A stretch of 64,000 nucleotides of DNA from positions 7,196 to 71,195 of IMG/VR virus record IMGVR_UViG_3300047402_000065. One strand, given 5' to 3'. The notes under the pieces are model-generated. The model searched no databases. It saw only the letters and a program-made list of their open reading frames with translations, and had not been told where the DNA came from. Each line of letters opens with the position of its first letter. Position 1 is the stretch's first letter. The stretch is from a virus. Taxonomy: Duplodnaviria > Caudoviricetes. Both the position numbers and the translations under genes were made by a program. This document shows positions 49,684-60,358 of the stretch, in pieces.

Positions 49684-49995
49684 ATGACAACTCAAGAGCA
49701 GCATCCAGATGTAAATCCTGACACACGAAAAGTGTGGTTTGTGCCAATAAATCCCGACTTCCCTCACAATAGAAGAGGGTGCTTCCAAAAGGGGTTCTAC
49801 TTCGACATACGCTACAATGTCATGCACAATATTGGCGGATGGACTCTTTCATGCCCCAAATTGAAAATGGGTAATTATAGGCTCACGGCGGCAGATGTAG
49901 AAGAGGCGAAAAGAGAAGCACTTCGCTTCATAAAACAGTGCATGAAGGATAAACCCGAATGGATGAGAAAGATGATAAACAAATACGAAATATGA
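49684..49995 (+). CDS. hypothetical protein
   Basis: 103 aa ORF. Confidence 0.5.
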   Translation: MTTQEQHPDVNPDTRKVWFVPINPDFPHNRRGCFQKGFYFDIRYNVMHNIGGWTLSCPKLKMGNYRLTAADVEEAKREALRFIKQCMKDKPEWMRKMINKYEI

Positions 49996-50073
49996 ATACC
50001 AAATGGAATATGAAGCACACGAACTGAGAAAAATCTAATATTGCCTACTTTTGAACAAACTAAAAAAACAAAC

Positions 50074-50805
50074 ATGAAAAAATACACAGTTGCCATTGTA
50101 GCTATTATGGCTATCGCCCTTGTCGCGGTATGCTACATCATCGGAACCAAGCCTGCGCCAACCCCGGCGCCAGTCCAACATGACGTCACGCAGATGCGTG
50201 TTGTCAACGAAACAAAAGACAGTGTGCTGATGTACCTGACCCTTTCAGGATACCCGTCCCCGCAGGACACGTCCTACATCCAGACTGTCAACGGCATCTT
50301 CGGATGCACGCAGAACGGCCTTAATGGAAATACGTGGATCGCCCCAGGAGATTCTTTTACATACACTCCTACAAAGATGTTCTCGGGCAACATATCCTTC
50401 GGCGTAGCCCCAATGAACTGTTTTACCAACGCATGGCCAACGGGCATGAACCTGTTTGAGTTTAACCTCAACGAACCGCAGGAGTCGCTTGACATAAGCT
50501 GCATGGCCGGTGTCAACTGCATACTTGGCGCTAAGCTGATCGGAGGACCTGCATGGCCTGCCGACACCGCCTCAGACCCACGGGTGCTGCAGAACGACTC
50601 TATGTGGCATAATACAGGGCGAGTTGGCGTTTATCCGTATGGATGCACAAACTGCACAAATACAGCCGGCCACCAAGACTGCCAGACGCCACAGGAAACA
50701 CCTAACAAGTACAGCATCTGTAACCCAACCCGTGCCGCTGGAGATCATGGCGGGCTGGTGCGCGTGGCTTTCAAGGGGTATACAAATACTCAAATCTGTA
50801 AATGA
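50074..50805 (+). CDS. secreted/membrane-anchored Cys-rich protein, thaumatin-like (tentative)
   Basis: Signal/anchor MKKYTVAIVAIMAIALVAVC; NLFEFNLN...SLDISCMAGVN resembles thaumatin TLAEFTL...YDISLVDGFN; promoter TACTTTTG 50046-50053. Confidence 0.4.
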   Translation: MKKYTVAIVAIMAIALVAVCYIIGTKPAPTPAPVQHDVTQMRVVNETKDSVLMYLTLSGYPSPQDTSYIQTVNGIFGCTQNGLNGNTWIAPGDSFTYTPTKMFSGNISFGVAPMNCFTNAWPTGMNLFEFNLNEPQESLDISCMAGVNCILGAKLIGGPAWPADTASDPRVLQNDSMWHNTGRVGVYPYGCTNCTNTAGHQDCQTPQETPNKYSICNPTRAAGDHGGLVRVAFKGYTNTQICK

Positions 50806-51617
50806 ATACCAACGACAAGAAGCATGAGATGGATGATGACGCCATCATCCACGACAACGATCACCTGCGAGTGGAACCAAAAAAAGTAGTAAGTGCATGT
50901 TGCAATGCCATAGTGGCAACATCGTCAGACGAGCCACCCGTAACTATATGTGTTGGTTGCGGCAACCCGTGCATGACAATCGAAGGGAGGTACTTCCAGG
51001 CGACGCCACTCACATCGTTACCCGTGAAGACACATCTCGAAGAGGCAGATGCGCATCAAGGCACTGTGAATGACGAGATCAAGTTCCGCCACGCCTCCCT
51101 GAACAGCTTCCGCCCCTTCTTCAAGGGCTTTCCCTTCTCCGGCAACACCATCTATCAGGCGTTGATGACAGAAGACATACAGGATGATGCCGTCATCTCC
51201 GTGGGCATGGAGCAGATCGACACCATCCTGCGCCCATCCCCTTTCGAGCCGGAGCACTATGGCTTTAAGATGGACAAGAAGGACAAGATGATGCAGACCT
51301 ATATCTCCGCCCGGTCCAACGGCACGATGATCATCCTCAAGAAAAAGAGCGACAAGAACACCGGCTACTGGTCGCTGATGAGCCGCTCTACCGACGGCAA
51401 CAAAGTATTCTTCCCCGAGTTCCAGGTGTTCATCCCCAACGACCTCGCAGCGCGAATCCTGCTGACATCTCTGGGTATGATACCACGCGCAGACCTCGGC
51501 GAGGACGGGCAGGGGTGTGTAAATGACGAGGATAAGGATGGCATCTGCCCGCAGTGCGAGAACGTAGGCTATTGCGTGATGGACGCGAAAAAAGTTGTGG
51601 CAGATAAAACAGAATAA
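50802..51617 (+). CDS. hypothetical protein with CxxC motifs
   Basis: SACC..CVGCGNPC and CPQC..C. Confidence 0.6.
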   Translation: MNTNDKKHEMDDDAIIHDNDHLRVEPKKVVSACCNAIVATSSDEPPVTICVGCGNPCMTIEGRYFQATPLTSLPVKTHLEEADAHQGTVNDEIKFRHASLNSFRPFFKGFPFSGNTIYQALMTEDIQDDAVISVGMEQIDTILRPSPFEPEHYGFKMDKKDKMMQTYISARSNGTMIILKKKSDKNTGYWSLMSRSTDGNKVFFPEFQVFIPNDLAARILLTSLGMIPRADLGEDGQGCVNDEDKDGICPQCENVGYCVMDAKKVVADKTE

Positions 51618-51619
51618 CG

Positions 51620-51659
51620 TATTTTTGGGTCACCGCCTTCGCACGATGAGGCGGTGACC
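51620..51659 (+). promoter_or_regulatory. -7 promoter element followed by a strong 5' leader hairpin
   Basis: TATTTTTG 51620-51627; 11-bp stem GGTCACCGCCT/AGGCGGTGACC ending 4 nt before ATG 51664; no U tract. Confidence 0.5.
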
Positions 51660-51663
51660 GTAC

Positions 51664-54198
51664 ATGACGTATATTGTTACCACTCTTACGCAGAACATCG
51701 GTGAGACGGATGCTGACTACGAGCTTCGCGTACAGACGTTCATCAACGATCAGAACTACTACTACGTACAGGTAGGCGGCGAATACCCTACTACAAAAGT
51801 ATCGGGCAACGCCGCGTATATCGGATACCCTCCCATCGAGCCCATACACGAGGAGCTGATATACGACCCCACCAATAGCCAGAACATCCACACCAAGACA
51901 TTCGCCTACGATAATGTTTACTATTACATCTACATAGGCGCATCGCCACCATTTCCGCCCGCACCGCCATTTCCGGTAACAGGGGATATCGTTATGTTCG
52001 GGCCAGGCGGAACCCTGGCCGATACCGGCTTCGCCGTAGATACCGGCGCCACAACCGTTGATTGGAATGGCTATCAGCTAAAAAACCTACAAGATGGCGT
52101 TGACCCGCAAGACGCAGCAACAGTAGCACAGATAACAGCCGGTCCGCAAGGAGCGCAAGGCGCACAGGGAAGCCAGGGCACACAAGGCGCACAGGGCGAT
52201 GCCGGAGCGCAAGGTTCACAGGGGAGTCAAGGCACACAAGGCTCGCAGGGAAACACGGGACTGCAGGGTCCGCAAGGAGCACAAGGATTTCAGGGAAACC
52301 AAGGCAGCCAGGGTAGCGTAGGGGCTCAGGGAAGTCAGGGCAGTACAGGCTCGCAGGGCTTACAGGGTAATCAGGGTATTGTTGGAGGATGGACGCTGCT
52401 GTTTCAGTATAAAAATGGGTTCGGAGTTCCTACCAGCGGAGTTCTTCGCATGGATGACAATGATCCTACGCTTGCTACTGAGATAAGGGTCAGTAAGACA
52501 GACAGAAACTCTGTAAGCATTTCCGATGCTCTTGATTTGATAACTGACGGATATACGTTAAAGATATTCAGCGAAGTGGACGGGGTGTCATTTTTCACAT
52601 ACCTGGTCACCGCCTTTGATAATTCTCAGCCGACATACGATTCCATTTCTGTTACATTCTTATCCGGAAGTGGGTCATTTACAAATAATGACAATATAGG
52701 CTTTTCATATTCCATAATAGGACCACAGGGTATGCAGGGTAGCCAGGGGTCGATTGGATCACAGGGAAGTCAAGGGGCGGCTGGTTCTCAGGGCAGCACA
52801 GGCGCTCAGGGTTCACAGGGGGCTACTGGCGCCCAGGGATCACAGGGATCTGCTGGTGCTCAAGGTGCGACTGGCTCACAAGGCAATCAAGGCTTTCAAG
52901 GAGATACAGGAGCGCAGGGAAATCAGGGAAACGCAGGTGCTCAAGGCAGCCAAGGCAGCACAGGATCTCAGGGAAGTCAAGGAAATCAAGGGTTGCAGGG
53001 TGCTACAGGCAGTCAAGGAAGTCAGGGATCAACAGGCTCACAGGGATCAACAGGCTCACAGGGTTTACAAGGCTCAACCGGATCACAAGGCTCTCAGGGC
53101 AGCCAAGGTTCTCAGGGATCGGCTGGCGCTCAAGGATCACAGGGATCACAGGGAAGTCAGGGGTCGCAAGGAGCGACAACCGTTGCAATGGTGTACTCCA
53201 ACACCTCAGTAGCAGGCGGTGACACGATTGCAAATACAGCCTCGGAAACAACATTCACCGATCCAAACTACTCCATTCCGGCAAACTCACTCGTGGCTGG
53301 ATCGGTAGTTCGTGTGAAGGCGTGGGGAGTGTATTCGACAAAGGTGGCAACAACGCCTACGCTGACAATTAAGATGAAAGTTGGTGGAACACTGTTTATA
53401 TCCACAGGGGCCGTTACCAATTCGGGAGGTCTGACAAATGCAGGATGGTACACCGAGGGCTACTTCACCGTGTTCACAACAGGAGCCGGAGGAACTTGCG
53501 ATGCTCAGGGATTCACTGAACTATCTACGGCAGTGACCACCGCTAACGTGGTTAATATGTCAAATACCGGAACAAAGGCTATCGACACGACAGCAGGAAA
53601 CGCGGTGATCATTACAGCTCAATGGGGAACTGCCGACGCAGCAAATACAATCACACTTCGTCAGGTTGAAATCTTTATTGATAATCTCTCAGGAGCAGGA
53701 TCTGCAGGAACATTCCTTCAGGTTGCTAACAACCTGAGCGATCTCAATAATTTGGTTACTTCCAGATCAAATCTTGGCGCACCATTTGAATTAATGCTTT
53801 GTTTTCCATCTACTTTTTCCCCTGCCGATGCAACTACTTACTATGCGGGGAATGGAGCAATTACACCTACAACAACCGCAACCGCACATGACTTCAATTT
53901 AGGCTATGCACTAACAATTATTGGAGCCATAGTGTATGTGTCTAATAACAGTACGGCAGGATCGAGCGAAAATATTACACTTCAAATACGCAACACAACA
54001 CAAGCCACATCGTCAAGTATTGGGACTTTTCAATCGAATTTGGGAAGTTTGACAAATACAGAAGCGCAATCATTTACAGGGTTGAATATATCGGTTGCGT
54101 CCACGGATTCTATATGTGCTCAATTTGATTGCCCGACATGGGCTACAAATCCAATATCAACTGCATGGCGGGTATTTTTAATATGTATTAGAGCATAA
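51664..54198 (+). CDS. collagen-like fibre protein (G-x-Q repeats)
   Basis: Two long (G-S/A/T-Q) blocks at about 52141-52380 and 52720-53175 separated by globular domains; [10 protein letters not shown]...RSNLG fibre motif. Confidence 0.8.
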   Translation: MTYIVTTLTQNIGETDADYELRVQTFINDQNYYYVQVGGEYPTTKVSGNAAYIGYPPIEPIHEELIYDPTNSQNIHTKTFAYDNVYYYIYIGASPPFPPAPPFPVTGDIVMFGPGGTLADTGFAVDTGATTVDWNGYQLKNLQDGVDPQDAATVAQITAGPQGAQGAQGSQGTQGAQGDAGAQGSQGSQGTQGSQGNTGLQGPQGAQGFQGNQGSQGSVGAQGSQGSTGSQGLQGNQGIVGGWTLLFQYKNGFGVPTSGVLRMDDNDPTLATEIRVSKTDRNSVSISDALDLITDGYTLKIFSEVDGVSFFTYLVTAFDNSQPTYDSISVTFLSGSGSFTNNDNIGFSYSIIGPQGMQGSQGSIGSQGSQGAAGSQGSTGAQGSQGATGAQGSQGSAGAQGATGSQGNQGFQGDTGAQGNQGNAGAQGSQGSTGSQGSQGNQGLQGATGSQGSQGSTGSQGSTGSQGLQGSTGSQGSQGSQGSQGSAGAQGSQGSQGSQGSQGATTVAMVYSNTSVAGGDTIANTASETTFTDPNYSIPANSLVAGSVVRVKAWGVYSTKVATTPTLTIKMKVGGTLFISTGAVTNSGGLTNAGWYTEGYFTVFTTGAGGTCDAQGFTELSTAVTTANVVNMSNTGTKAIDTTAGNAVIITAQWGTADAANTITLRQVEIFIDNLSGAGSAGTFLQVANNLSDLNNLVTSRSNLGAPFELMLCFPSTFSPADATTYYAGNGAITPTTTATAHDFNLGYALTIIGAIVYVSNNSTAGSSENITLQIRNTTQATSSSIGTFQSNLGSLTNTEAQSFTGLNISVASTDSICAQFDCPTWATNPISTAWRVFLICIRA

Positions 54199-54200
54199 AC

Positions 54201-54404
54201 ATGACAAAAGAAATAAAATACAAATCTCAGGGTGATGGTCGTGATTCATGGGAAATCTCAGAATACGAAGGTGACGTACTTATGAATCGCTTTATGGTTT
54301 ACAAAGATCCGAATAAATCACCAACCCCTTTGTCTGACGAAGAATTAATAGCTTCGTACAATAGACTGAAAGAACTTGGTGTAATTCCAAATACAAATAG
54401 TTGA
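54201..54404 (+). CDS. small hypothetical protein, possibly fibre chaperone
   Basis: 67 aa between two fibre genes. Confidence 0.5.
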   Translation: MTKEIKYKSQGDGRDSWEISEYEGDVLMNRFMVYKDPNKSPTPLSDEELIASYNRLKELGVIPNTNS

Positions 54405-55351
54405 TGGCAATCATTCCTTCATCCAAAACAGATTTTGTATCAGGCACTCAAGCCGAATGGCTTGCCTCATCGCCAGCAACTAATGCCTCATGCTTTTGTA
54501 TCGACACCAGAAAAACATTCAGATACAACGGGTCCACCTTTGATGATATATCGGCTGAAATGGCTGCAGCCTCCGGGGCACAGGGGTATCAGGGGGCGCA
54601 AGGAAGTACCGGAGCGCAAGGAAACACTGGTGCACAGGGAAGTACCGGAGCGCAAGGAAGTACCGGAGCGCAAGGAAACACTGGTTCACAGGGAAATACC
54701 GGAGCGCAAGGAAGTACCGGAGCGCAAGGAAACACTGGTTCACAGGGAAATACCGGAGCGCAGGGAAATCAAGGATTTCAAGGATCAACCGGTGCACAAG
54801 GATCAACCGGTGCACAAGGAGATACCGGCGCACAAGGGTCAACTGGTGCACAGGGTAGTACAGGTGCTCAAGGTAGTACAGGTGCTCAAGGAGCTGCTGG
54901 TGCTAACGGATCGGGAAATCAGACGAACTACGAGATTCGCTCCGGCGACTTGACACTGACAGCACAGACCGTTACAGATTGCTTTACCGGCAAGTCTGTA
55001 AGCACAGGAACGCAGTGGCAAGTCGAGGCGTTGCTTCCACTTCAACCGGCAGCTGGAACGCAGGGCATTCAGATCGGAGTTCAGTGTTCAGTCGCAGGGG
55101 CAACTGTCGAAGCCGTTGTTGTCGGTCCACAAACTACCGCAGCCGACAAGTCTTATCGTCAATCTGCACAAGGTAACGGCACGCTACCAATTCAGAACGT
55201 AGCAGGACTTCAGACGGTGCGGGTGTTCGGCGTGATCACTGTGCCAGGCTCAGGATCTCCGGTTATTAATATTCAAGGCAAAGGTGTTCAGGCTTCTCAG
55301 AGCTGGACATTGAAAGCTGGAGCATATTTAAAAATCACAAAGACTTCATGA
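54404..55351 (+). CDS. collagen-like fibre protein (G-x-Q/G-x-T repeats)
   Basis: Collagen block about 54575-54910; beta-rich C-terminal head. Confidence 0.8.
   Translation: MAIIPSSKTDFVSGTQAEWLASSPATNASCFCIDTRKTFRYNGSTFDDISAEMAAASGAQGYQGAQGSTGAQGNTGAQGSTGAQGSTGAQGNTGSQGNTGAQGSTGAQGNTGSQGNTGAQGNQGFQGSTGAQGSTGAQGDTGAQGSTGAQGSTGAQGSTGAQGAAGANGSGNQTNYEIRSGDLTLTAQTVTDCFTGKSVSTGTQWQVEALLPLQPAAGTQGIQIGVQCSVAGATVEAVVVGPQTTAADKSYRQSAQGNGTLPIQNVAGLQTVRVFGVITVPGSGSPVINIQGKGVQASQSWTLKAGAYLKITKTS
54602..54763. repeat. nine 18-bp tandem units in collagen gene
   Basis: GGAAGTACCGGAGCGCAA occurs 4 times exactly; units 4-6 and 7-9 form a near-perfect 54-bp duplication. Confidence 0.9.
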
Positions 55352-56559
55352 GGGTATCTCTTTTCACTCCTACGCATGACACCCGGTGGCTTGCGGAACT
55401 TTACAATTCTATCAAAGACCAACCGTTCTACGAATGGGTAATCGTTTACAACAACGGAGCTGAAGTCATCCCATTTGACGACGAGCGGGTGAAATGCTTT
55501 GTGATGGAAATTGCCCCTGAATGGGTTGGACCGCTAAAGGCGTATGCCTGTTCTAAATGCACTGGAGATGTTCTCGTGGAGATGGATCACGATGATATTC
55601 TTTTGCCAGGAGCCGTTGAGGAGATTCAAAGAGCATTCGAGGATGATCAGGTTGGATTCGTCTACTCAAATGCGTTGTTCATTGACGGCAATGGGAAACG
55701 TACACCACGATTCGATGTGAATCACGGATGGAGGTATCGTGAGCATAATTACAACGGGGAGACAGTAGATGAACTTGTCAGCTTCGAGCCTACACCATCT
55801 TCCTGTTCAAAGATATGGTACGCTCCGAATCATGTCCGTGCTTTCCGCAAAAGTGTTTACGACAGGATTCAAGGGTACAACATCAAGATGCGGGTGCTTG
55901 ATGATCAGGATCTGATGTGCAGGATGTATCTGAGTACGAAGTTCAAACTGATCGACAAGCCTTTGTATGTTTACCGGATTCACGGCGAAAACTCATGGCT
56001 TCGATATAATGAAGAAATCCAAAACAACGTGTACCGGTTGTACGACCAGTACATCGAACCGATGGCAATGAAGTGGGCGAAGGATAATGGACTAAGATGC
56101 CTTGACCTCGGAGGGCGTATCGCTTCCGGTGTAGGGTATGAAACAGTTGACCTTCGGGATGCAGATGTCATCGCCAATCTGAATGAACGATGGCCTTTTG
56201 AAGATGGGTCAGTAGGCGTGATACGGGCAATGGATGTGTTTGAGCATCTGAAAGATTCAATCCACACGATGAAAGAACTTTATCGTGTACTCGCTCCAGG
56301 AGGGTATGCCTTCATTCAAGTGCCGAGTACGGATGGTCGTGGAGCGTTTCAGGATCCTACGCATGTATCGTTCTGGAACGAGAACAGCTTTATGTACTAC
56401 ACTTCAAGGGACTTCAACAAGTATATCGACTGTCCTGTACGCTTTCAGGCAATTCGTATGTACACGACTGAGAAGAATCAAATGCAGGTATGTTGGGTGG
56501 TGGCTCACTTGGTCAAGCCAAGCGACGAGGTGCTGATGCCAGGCCCAATGTCTATCTGA
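55348..56559 (+). CDS. GT2 glycosyltransferase fused to class I SAM methyltransferase
   Basis: N: [34 protein letters not shown]; C: [28 protein letters not shown]. Confidence 0.85.
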   Translation: MRVSLFTPTHDTRWLAELYNSIKDQPFYEWVIVYNNGAEVIPFDDERVKCFVMEIAPEWVGPLKAYACSKCTGDVLVEMDHDDILLPGAVEEIQRAFEDDQVGFVYSNALFIDGNGKRTPRFDVNHGWRYREHNYNGETVDELVSFEPTPSSCSKIWYAPNHVRAFRKSVYDRIQGYNIKMRVLDDQDLMCRMYLSTKFKLIDKPLYVYRIHGENSWLRYNEEIQNNVYRLYDQYIEPMAMKWAKDNGLRCLDLGGRIASGVGYETVDLRDADVIANLNERWPFEDGSVGVIRAMDVFEHLKDSIHTMKELYRVLAPGGYAFIQVPSTDGRGAFQDPTHVSFWNENSFMYYTSRDFNKYIDCPVRFQAIRMYTTEKNQMQVCWVVAHLVKPSDEVLMPGPMSI

Positions 56560-57121
56560 CCGAGAAGAAGAAAAGCTGAACGAGGCGATCCTTGTCCGAT
56601 GAATATTCCGACGCTGAGTGAATCATCTTAGCGTTCCATATCACAAGTCTGTTATACACCGCCCCGACCTTATCAATCAGCTTCCAGTTGTCAGGGTGCG
56701 TCAGGTTGTATTCTGAATATACTTCGGCACATTCTTCGTTGGTGGACGGAGGGAGGCGATGTCCTGTCTGGATATGCTTCCAGAACGATGTTCCCATATC
56801 TTCGGCATCCTTTGTGAGATACACCGCTGCTGCGTAGTCCTGCGTGTCGCTATGCCATACAAGAGGATCAGAGGCTTTTGTGAGCTGAAAGCATCCGTTG
56901 TAGGGCTGATCCATCCAGTCAGTAATCTGAACACCGAGGAGGCGTTCAAATTCCTCTTTTACGAAGGGCATCAGGTGTGGGCGGGATCTCAACCCTTTGT
57001 AGTGGTTCGGAACCTCTTTAAACTTACCAACAGCAAGAGGCGATGAGATGATGTCCGGGTCTTTGTAAAAGTTATCGACGACAATAATGTCTGGTCGATG
57101 TCTGTTAAAAACTACTTCCAT
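56552..57121 (-). CDS. 2OG-Fe(II) oxygenase (DUF6445-like)
   Basis: IIVVDNFYKDP, HSD (HxD), AAAVYLT, GTSFW, YNRLVIWNAKMIHSA, RLVQLFF. Confidence 0.8.
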   Translation of the reverse strand: MEVVFNRHRPDIIVVDNFYKDPDIISSPLAVGKFKEVPNHYKGLRSRPHLMPFVKEEFERLLGVQITDWMDQPYNGCFQLTKASDPLVWHSDTQDYAAAVYLTKDAEDMGTSFWKHIQTGHRLPPSTNEECAEVYSEYNLTHPDNWKLIDKVGAVYNRLVIWNAKMIHSASEYSSDKDRLVQLFFFSVR

Positions 57122-57148
57122 GTGTTGCTAAGGTACTTTATTTTGTCT

Positions 57149-57156
57149 TACTTTTG
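57149..57156 (+). promoter_or_regulatory. Bacteroidota -7 promoter element upstream of lysis genes
   Basis: TACTTTTG in intergenic gap. Confidence 0.5.
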
Positions 57157-57212
57157 GCTTATGACCCTAAGTCGTAATGCTAACCAACAACCGCTGTAAT
57201 TTTTCCTATGGC

Positions 57213-57446
57213 ATGGAACAAAAAGCTATGGAACACCCACAAACATACGGCCACCCTCTCATTGGGTTTGGCGTAACGATAGTATCATTTGTTTCCGGCC
57301 TGATCCTCCAGGTACAGGCAGACCTATTCCCCGTATTCGGTGAATTGCTCCGTGATGGGGCGTGGTTTATGGCGATGTGTGCCGGGGCTTTCACCTGTTA
57401 CGGAGTGATTAAAACACATCACGGTAAGAAAAAAGGGAAGCGATGA
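57213..57446 (+). CDS. holin-like membrane protein
   Basis: Two hydrophobic segments, basic C-tail, directly upstream of endolysin; start 57213 or 57228. Confidence 0.55.
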   Translation: MEQKAMEHPQTYGHPLIGFGVTIVSFVSGLILQVQADLFPVFGELLRDGAWFMAMCAGAFTCYGVIKTHHGKKKGKR

Positions 57447-57886
57447 ACACTATTGAACTTTTTTTAAAGCGTGAACATCTTCACGAATTAGCCACTCTTG
57501 GACAAATTACAAGGGACGGTAAATTAGTATGCTATACGCTCGAAGATAAAGACCGGGGATTGACCAATGAAACCCCACTCTCAGAAGTGAAAGCTAAGAA
57601 GGTGTATGGTCAGACCGCCATCCCAACAGGGAGGTACAAAGTGGTGAAAGTGTTTTCCCCAAAACATAAGCGCATCATGCCTCTGCTTCTCGACGTTCAT
57701 GGATTCGTAGGAATCGAGATGCACGGCGGAAATACGGTGGCGGATTCGTTAGGATGTATTCTCTGCGCTCATACTCAGGATATAGCTCATGATCGGATTC
57801 AGGGCAAAGCGGAATCAGATATAATGCTTATATTGGACGAAGGGGAGAGGGATCACAAAGAGGTCTGGATAACAATAGGGTACTAA
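57443..57886 (+). CDS. DUF5675 family endolysin-like peptidase
   Basis: CYTLED, KVYGQTAIPTGRY, GIEMHGGNT..DSLGCIL. Confidence 0.85.
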   Translation: MNTIELFLKREHLHELATLGQITRDGKLVCYTLEDKDRGLTNETPLSEVKAKKVYGQTAIPTGRYKVVKVFSPKHKRIMPLLLDVHGFVGIEMHGGNTVADSLGCILCAHTQDIAHDRIQGKAESDIMLILDEGERDHKEVWITIGY

Positions 57887-57897
57887 ACACTTAAATC

Positions 57898-58164
57898 ATG
57901 AAAAAGATATTCTCAGCAATAAAAGCGATTGGCAAGCCAATTATGACAGGAGCTCTTCAGTCTGTCCCAGGTGGCAACGCCTTGGTAAAAACTGTTCCTG
58001 CAGTTGTCGCAATGATAAAGGGTAAGTATGCGGACATTCCTGCCAAGGATAAGCCGCAATGGATGGAAGTGCTTATCGAGCTCGTCATTGTAGGCGTCAT
58101 CGTTTATTCGTTCGCTACGCACGCCATCACCGTCGACGAAGTTCTACGCTTGATCCGCATGTAA
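57898..58164 (+). CDS. membrane protein (lysis-associated?)
   Basis: Amphipathic N-terminus, C-terminal TM segment. Confidence 0.55.
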   Translation: MKKIFSAIKAIGKPIMTGALQSVPGGNALVKTVPAVVAMIKGKYADIPAKDKPQWMEVLIELVIVGVIVYSFATHAITVDEVLRLIRM

Positions 58165-58217
58165 TTTAGAATCGTTCTAAATTACAGGGATCCTACTGAC
58201 TTTTCAACTTTTGTTAG

Positions 58218-58225
58218 TATCTTTG
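58218..58225 (+). promoter_or_regulatory. Bacteroidota -7 promoter element
   Basis: TATCTTTG with upstream T-rich tracts, before ATG 58247. Confidence 0.6.
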
Positions 58226-58246
58226 TTGCGGTAACAATGGTACGTA

Positions 58247-58753
58247 ATGAGTGTCTACGCTAAGATAGGTTATGAAAGTCCAGGAGCTCCCAAGAAGGGG
58301 TTAACTGTTTTTGACCAGAGGATATTTGGCATTATTGCTGGTGTGTGCGCCGACGAGGCGAGTAAAATTGGCGAGGTTGAGATAAGTATTGATGACCTTA
58401 AATCCAGGTCTCGTGTTCATGAGATAGCTATGGCGCGTCAGATTTTTTTCAACATTGTATGGCGGGAGTATTCCAGGCGCAACATATCGCTCAAGGATAT
58501 TGGCCGGTACATGGGTCGTGATCATTCCACGGTGCTTCACTCTCTTCGTGTTCACGAGAACTATTTCCAGACGCGTGACGAGCTTTATATGTCTTTATAC
58601 ACCAGGTGCAGGCTTATCTATTCAGAGGCGTTGAACGCTCTGTCGGATGGTCTTCCTTCGGAGATAGACAGGCTCAGTAAGGACATCATGGTTCTTGAGT
58701 TGCGCCGCAAGGAACTTCTTGACGAGCTCAGAAACAAGCAGGATGGTAAATAA
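58247..58753 (+). CDS. DnaA C-terminal (domain IV) HTH protein
   Basis: SRSR..EIAMARQIF...SLKDIGRYMGRDHSTVLHS matches the DnaA domain IV signature; no AAA+ domain. Confidence 0.85.
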   Translation: MSVYAKIGYESPGAPKKGLTVFDQRIFGIIAGVCADEASKIGEVEISIDDLKSRSRVHEIAMARQIFFNIVWREYSRRNISLKDIGRYMGRDHSTVLHSLRVHENYFQTRDELYMSLYTRCRLIYSEALNALSDGLPSEIDRLSKDIMVLELRRKELLDELRNKQDGK

Positions 58754-58770
58754 TCAAAACAATCATAAAA

Positions 58771-59208
58771 ATGGAAAATGATCAGAATGGTTCTCAGCAG
58801 ACGCCGGAGGATAAGGGCCGGCAGGCTGTCATCGCCTTCCAGGAGGCTGATAATGTAATTGCGGGTCTCACTTCTTTTGCGAAGGCTCTTGGCGCCTCGT
58901 TGCGCTTTGAGATGTCGGTGATGGAACAGGGCGATGAGCCTATTACTCTTGTCAAGGCGTACTACGGCGAGAGTAAGGATCACTTTGCTCTTGGCGCTGC
59001 CAAGGGCGAGGGAGGGTATAACGAGGCTGCTGTGGATCTTGTCAAGAAGCTGATCAGCAAGATAGTGATGGACATCCCGCAGGGTGCTGTGGGCTTTGTG
59101 GTTACTTCTGCCAGTGGTCCGAGCATTAAGTTTGATGAGCGGCGTGTGAACGTGACTGTGCATGCGCAGAGCCGCCATTCCATGACTGCTACTATTGTTC
59201 AACCCTGA
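58771..59208 (+). CDS. hypothetical protein
   Basis: 145 aa in operon. Confidence 0.55.
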   Translation: MENDQNGSQQTPEDKGRQAVIAFQEADNVIAGLTSFAKALGASLRFEMSVMEQGDEPITLVKAYYGESKDHFALGAAKGEGGYNEAAVDLVKKLISKIVMDIPQGAVGFVVTSASGPSIKFDERRVNVTVHAQSRHSMTATIVQP

Positions 59209-59220
59209 TATATCCCCCTG

Positions 59221-59682
59221 ATGTTACGAGAAGGCATCTGCGACCAGTGTAAGAAGGACGGCATGATAGCCAAGACGCTTCCCTCCTCCGGTCGTTGGTG
59301 TGTGTCGTGCAACGCCAAGAGGCTTGATGGGCGCAAAGGTCTGCAGATCGGGAAACGCAAATCGCCACTACTCAAGAAGCGAACCAAGGCGAGTGGAGAG
59401 GGTATTATGTTCCTGGCGATATGGAATACACGTCAACACGTGTCGGGGGTTTCTGGAGAGCGACTGGGCGATGAGATGAACGCTATGTTTTTCAGTCATA
59501 TCCTTCCCAAGAGCGTATATCCTAAGTTCCGGTTGTTGGACCGCAACATAGTGTTGATGACGCCTGACGAGCATCATCAGTGGGACCACGAGCCGCACAG
59601 CAATATCATTGGTAATCCCATGTGGGAGAAAATCTTTAATTTACAGGAGCAACTAAAACGAGAATATTATGGAAGTAAGTAA
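59221..59682 (+). CDS. NinG/HNH-like nuclease
   Basis: Two N-terminal CxxC; FSHILPKSVYPKFR...NIVL...EHHQWD. Confidence 0.6.
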   Translation: MLREGICDQCKKDGMIAKTLPSSGRWCVSCNAKRLDGRKGLQIGKRKSPLLKKRTKASGEGIMFLAIWNTRQHVSGVSGERLGDEMNAMFFSHILPKSVYPKFRLLDRNIVLMTPDEHHQWDHEPHSNIIGNPMWEKIFNLQEQLKREYYGSK

Positions 59683-59956
59683 GAGTGCGGCAGAAGAGCT
59701 TGTCGAGATATTCGGCGAGAAGAATATTGAGCAGGCTTTGCGATCTCGCAACAAAGCGCCGAACCCGCTCACGCTCTATCTGAGCACGTTCATCGGCGAT
59801 GACGGGACTAAGAAGGCGTGCCTGTTCCAGACGCGCCCGCAGAAGAAGCTGCTGCATTACCTTACCTTTGTATCACAGCCCGGCAGAGACGCGGTGATGC
59901 AGGTCGAGGAGTTCTGCAAGCGTAATAAGATCACGGAGTATAAACTGGTAGACTAA
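59669..59956 (+). CDS. hypothetical protein
   Basis: 95 aa, coupled. Confidence 0.5.
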   Translation: MEVSKSAAEELVEIFGEKNIEQALRSRNKAPNPLTLYLSTFIGDDGTKKACLFQTRPQKKLLHYLTFVSQPGRDAVMQVEEFCKRNKITEYKLVD

Positions 59957-59966
59957 AAATAAGGCT

Positions 59967-60155
59967 ATGGCTATGTACGCACTCTTTATCCTTCTCATCG
60001 CCAAGGCGGTGCACTACCCGGTAATATACAGGGCGTATGCTCAGACGCGATCTCCGCACCGCAGGGCGCAGATGCTCATGTTGTTCATCTGTTCGGCGGT
60101 GAGTGATGCGATAATGCTTGGGACAATAATGTATCAAACAACCAGAATAGCATGA
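59967..60155 (+). CDS. small membrane protein
   Basis: 62 aa, two hydrophobic stretches. Confidence 0.4.
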   Translation: MAMYALFILLIAKAVHYPVIYRAYAQTRSPHRRAQMLMLFICSAVSDAIMLGTIMYQTTRIA

Positions 60156-60358
60156 AGATCCTCGAGCCTTTTTATGTAGTGGTCTGGACGATTGCCGGCG
60201 GCTGCATCATAGTAGTATGTGTTATGTTCATGTATCACTTTGCTAAATATGACTATCATCTCAACCATCAGCCAAATGTTGATACAGTTAAACCGGATAT
60301 GTGTATCAATCCTAAAATGGATTCATGTATTAGTACGATAAAACACAAAACCAAATGA
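60152..60358 (+). CDS. small membrane protein
   Basis: 68 aa, one TM segment, ATGA coupling on both sides. Confidence 0.5.
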   Translation: MKILEPFYVVVWTIAGGCIIVVCVMFMYHFAKYDYHLNHQPNVDTVKPDMCINPKMDSCISTIKHKTK

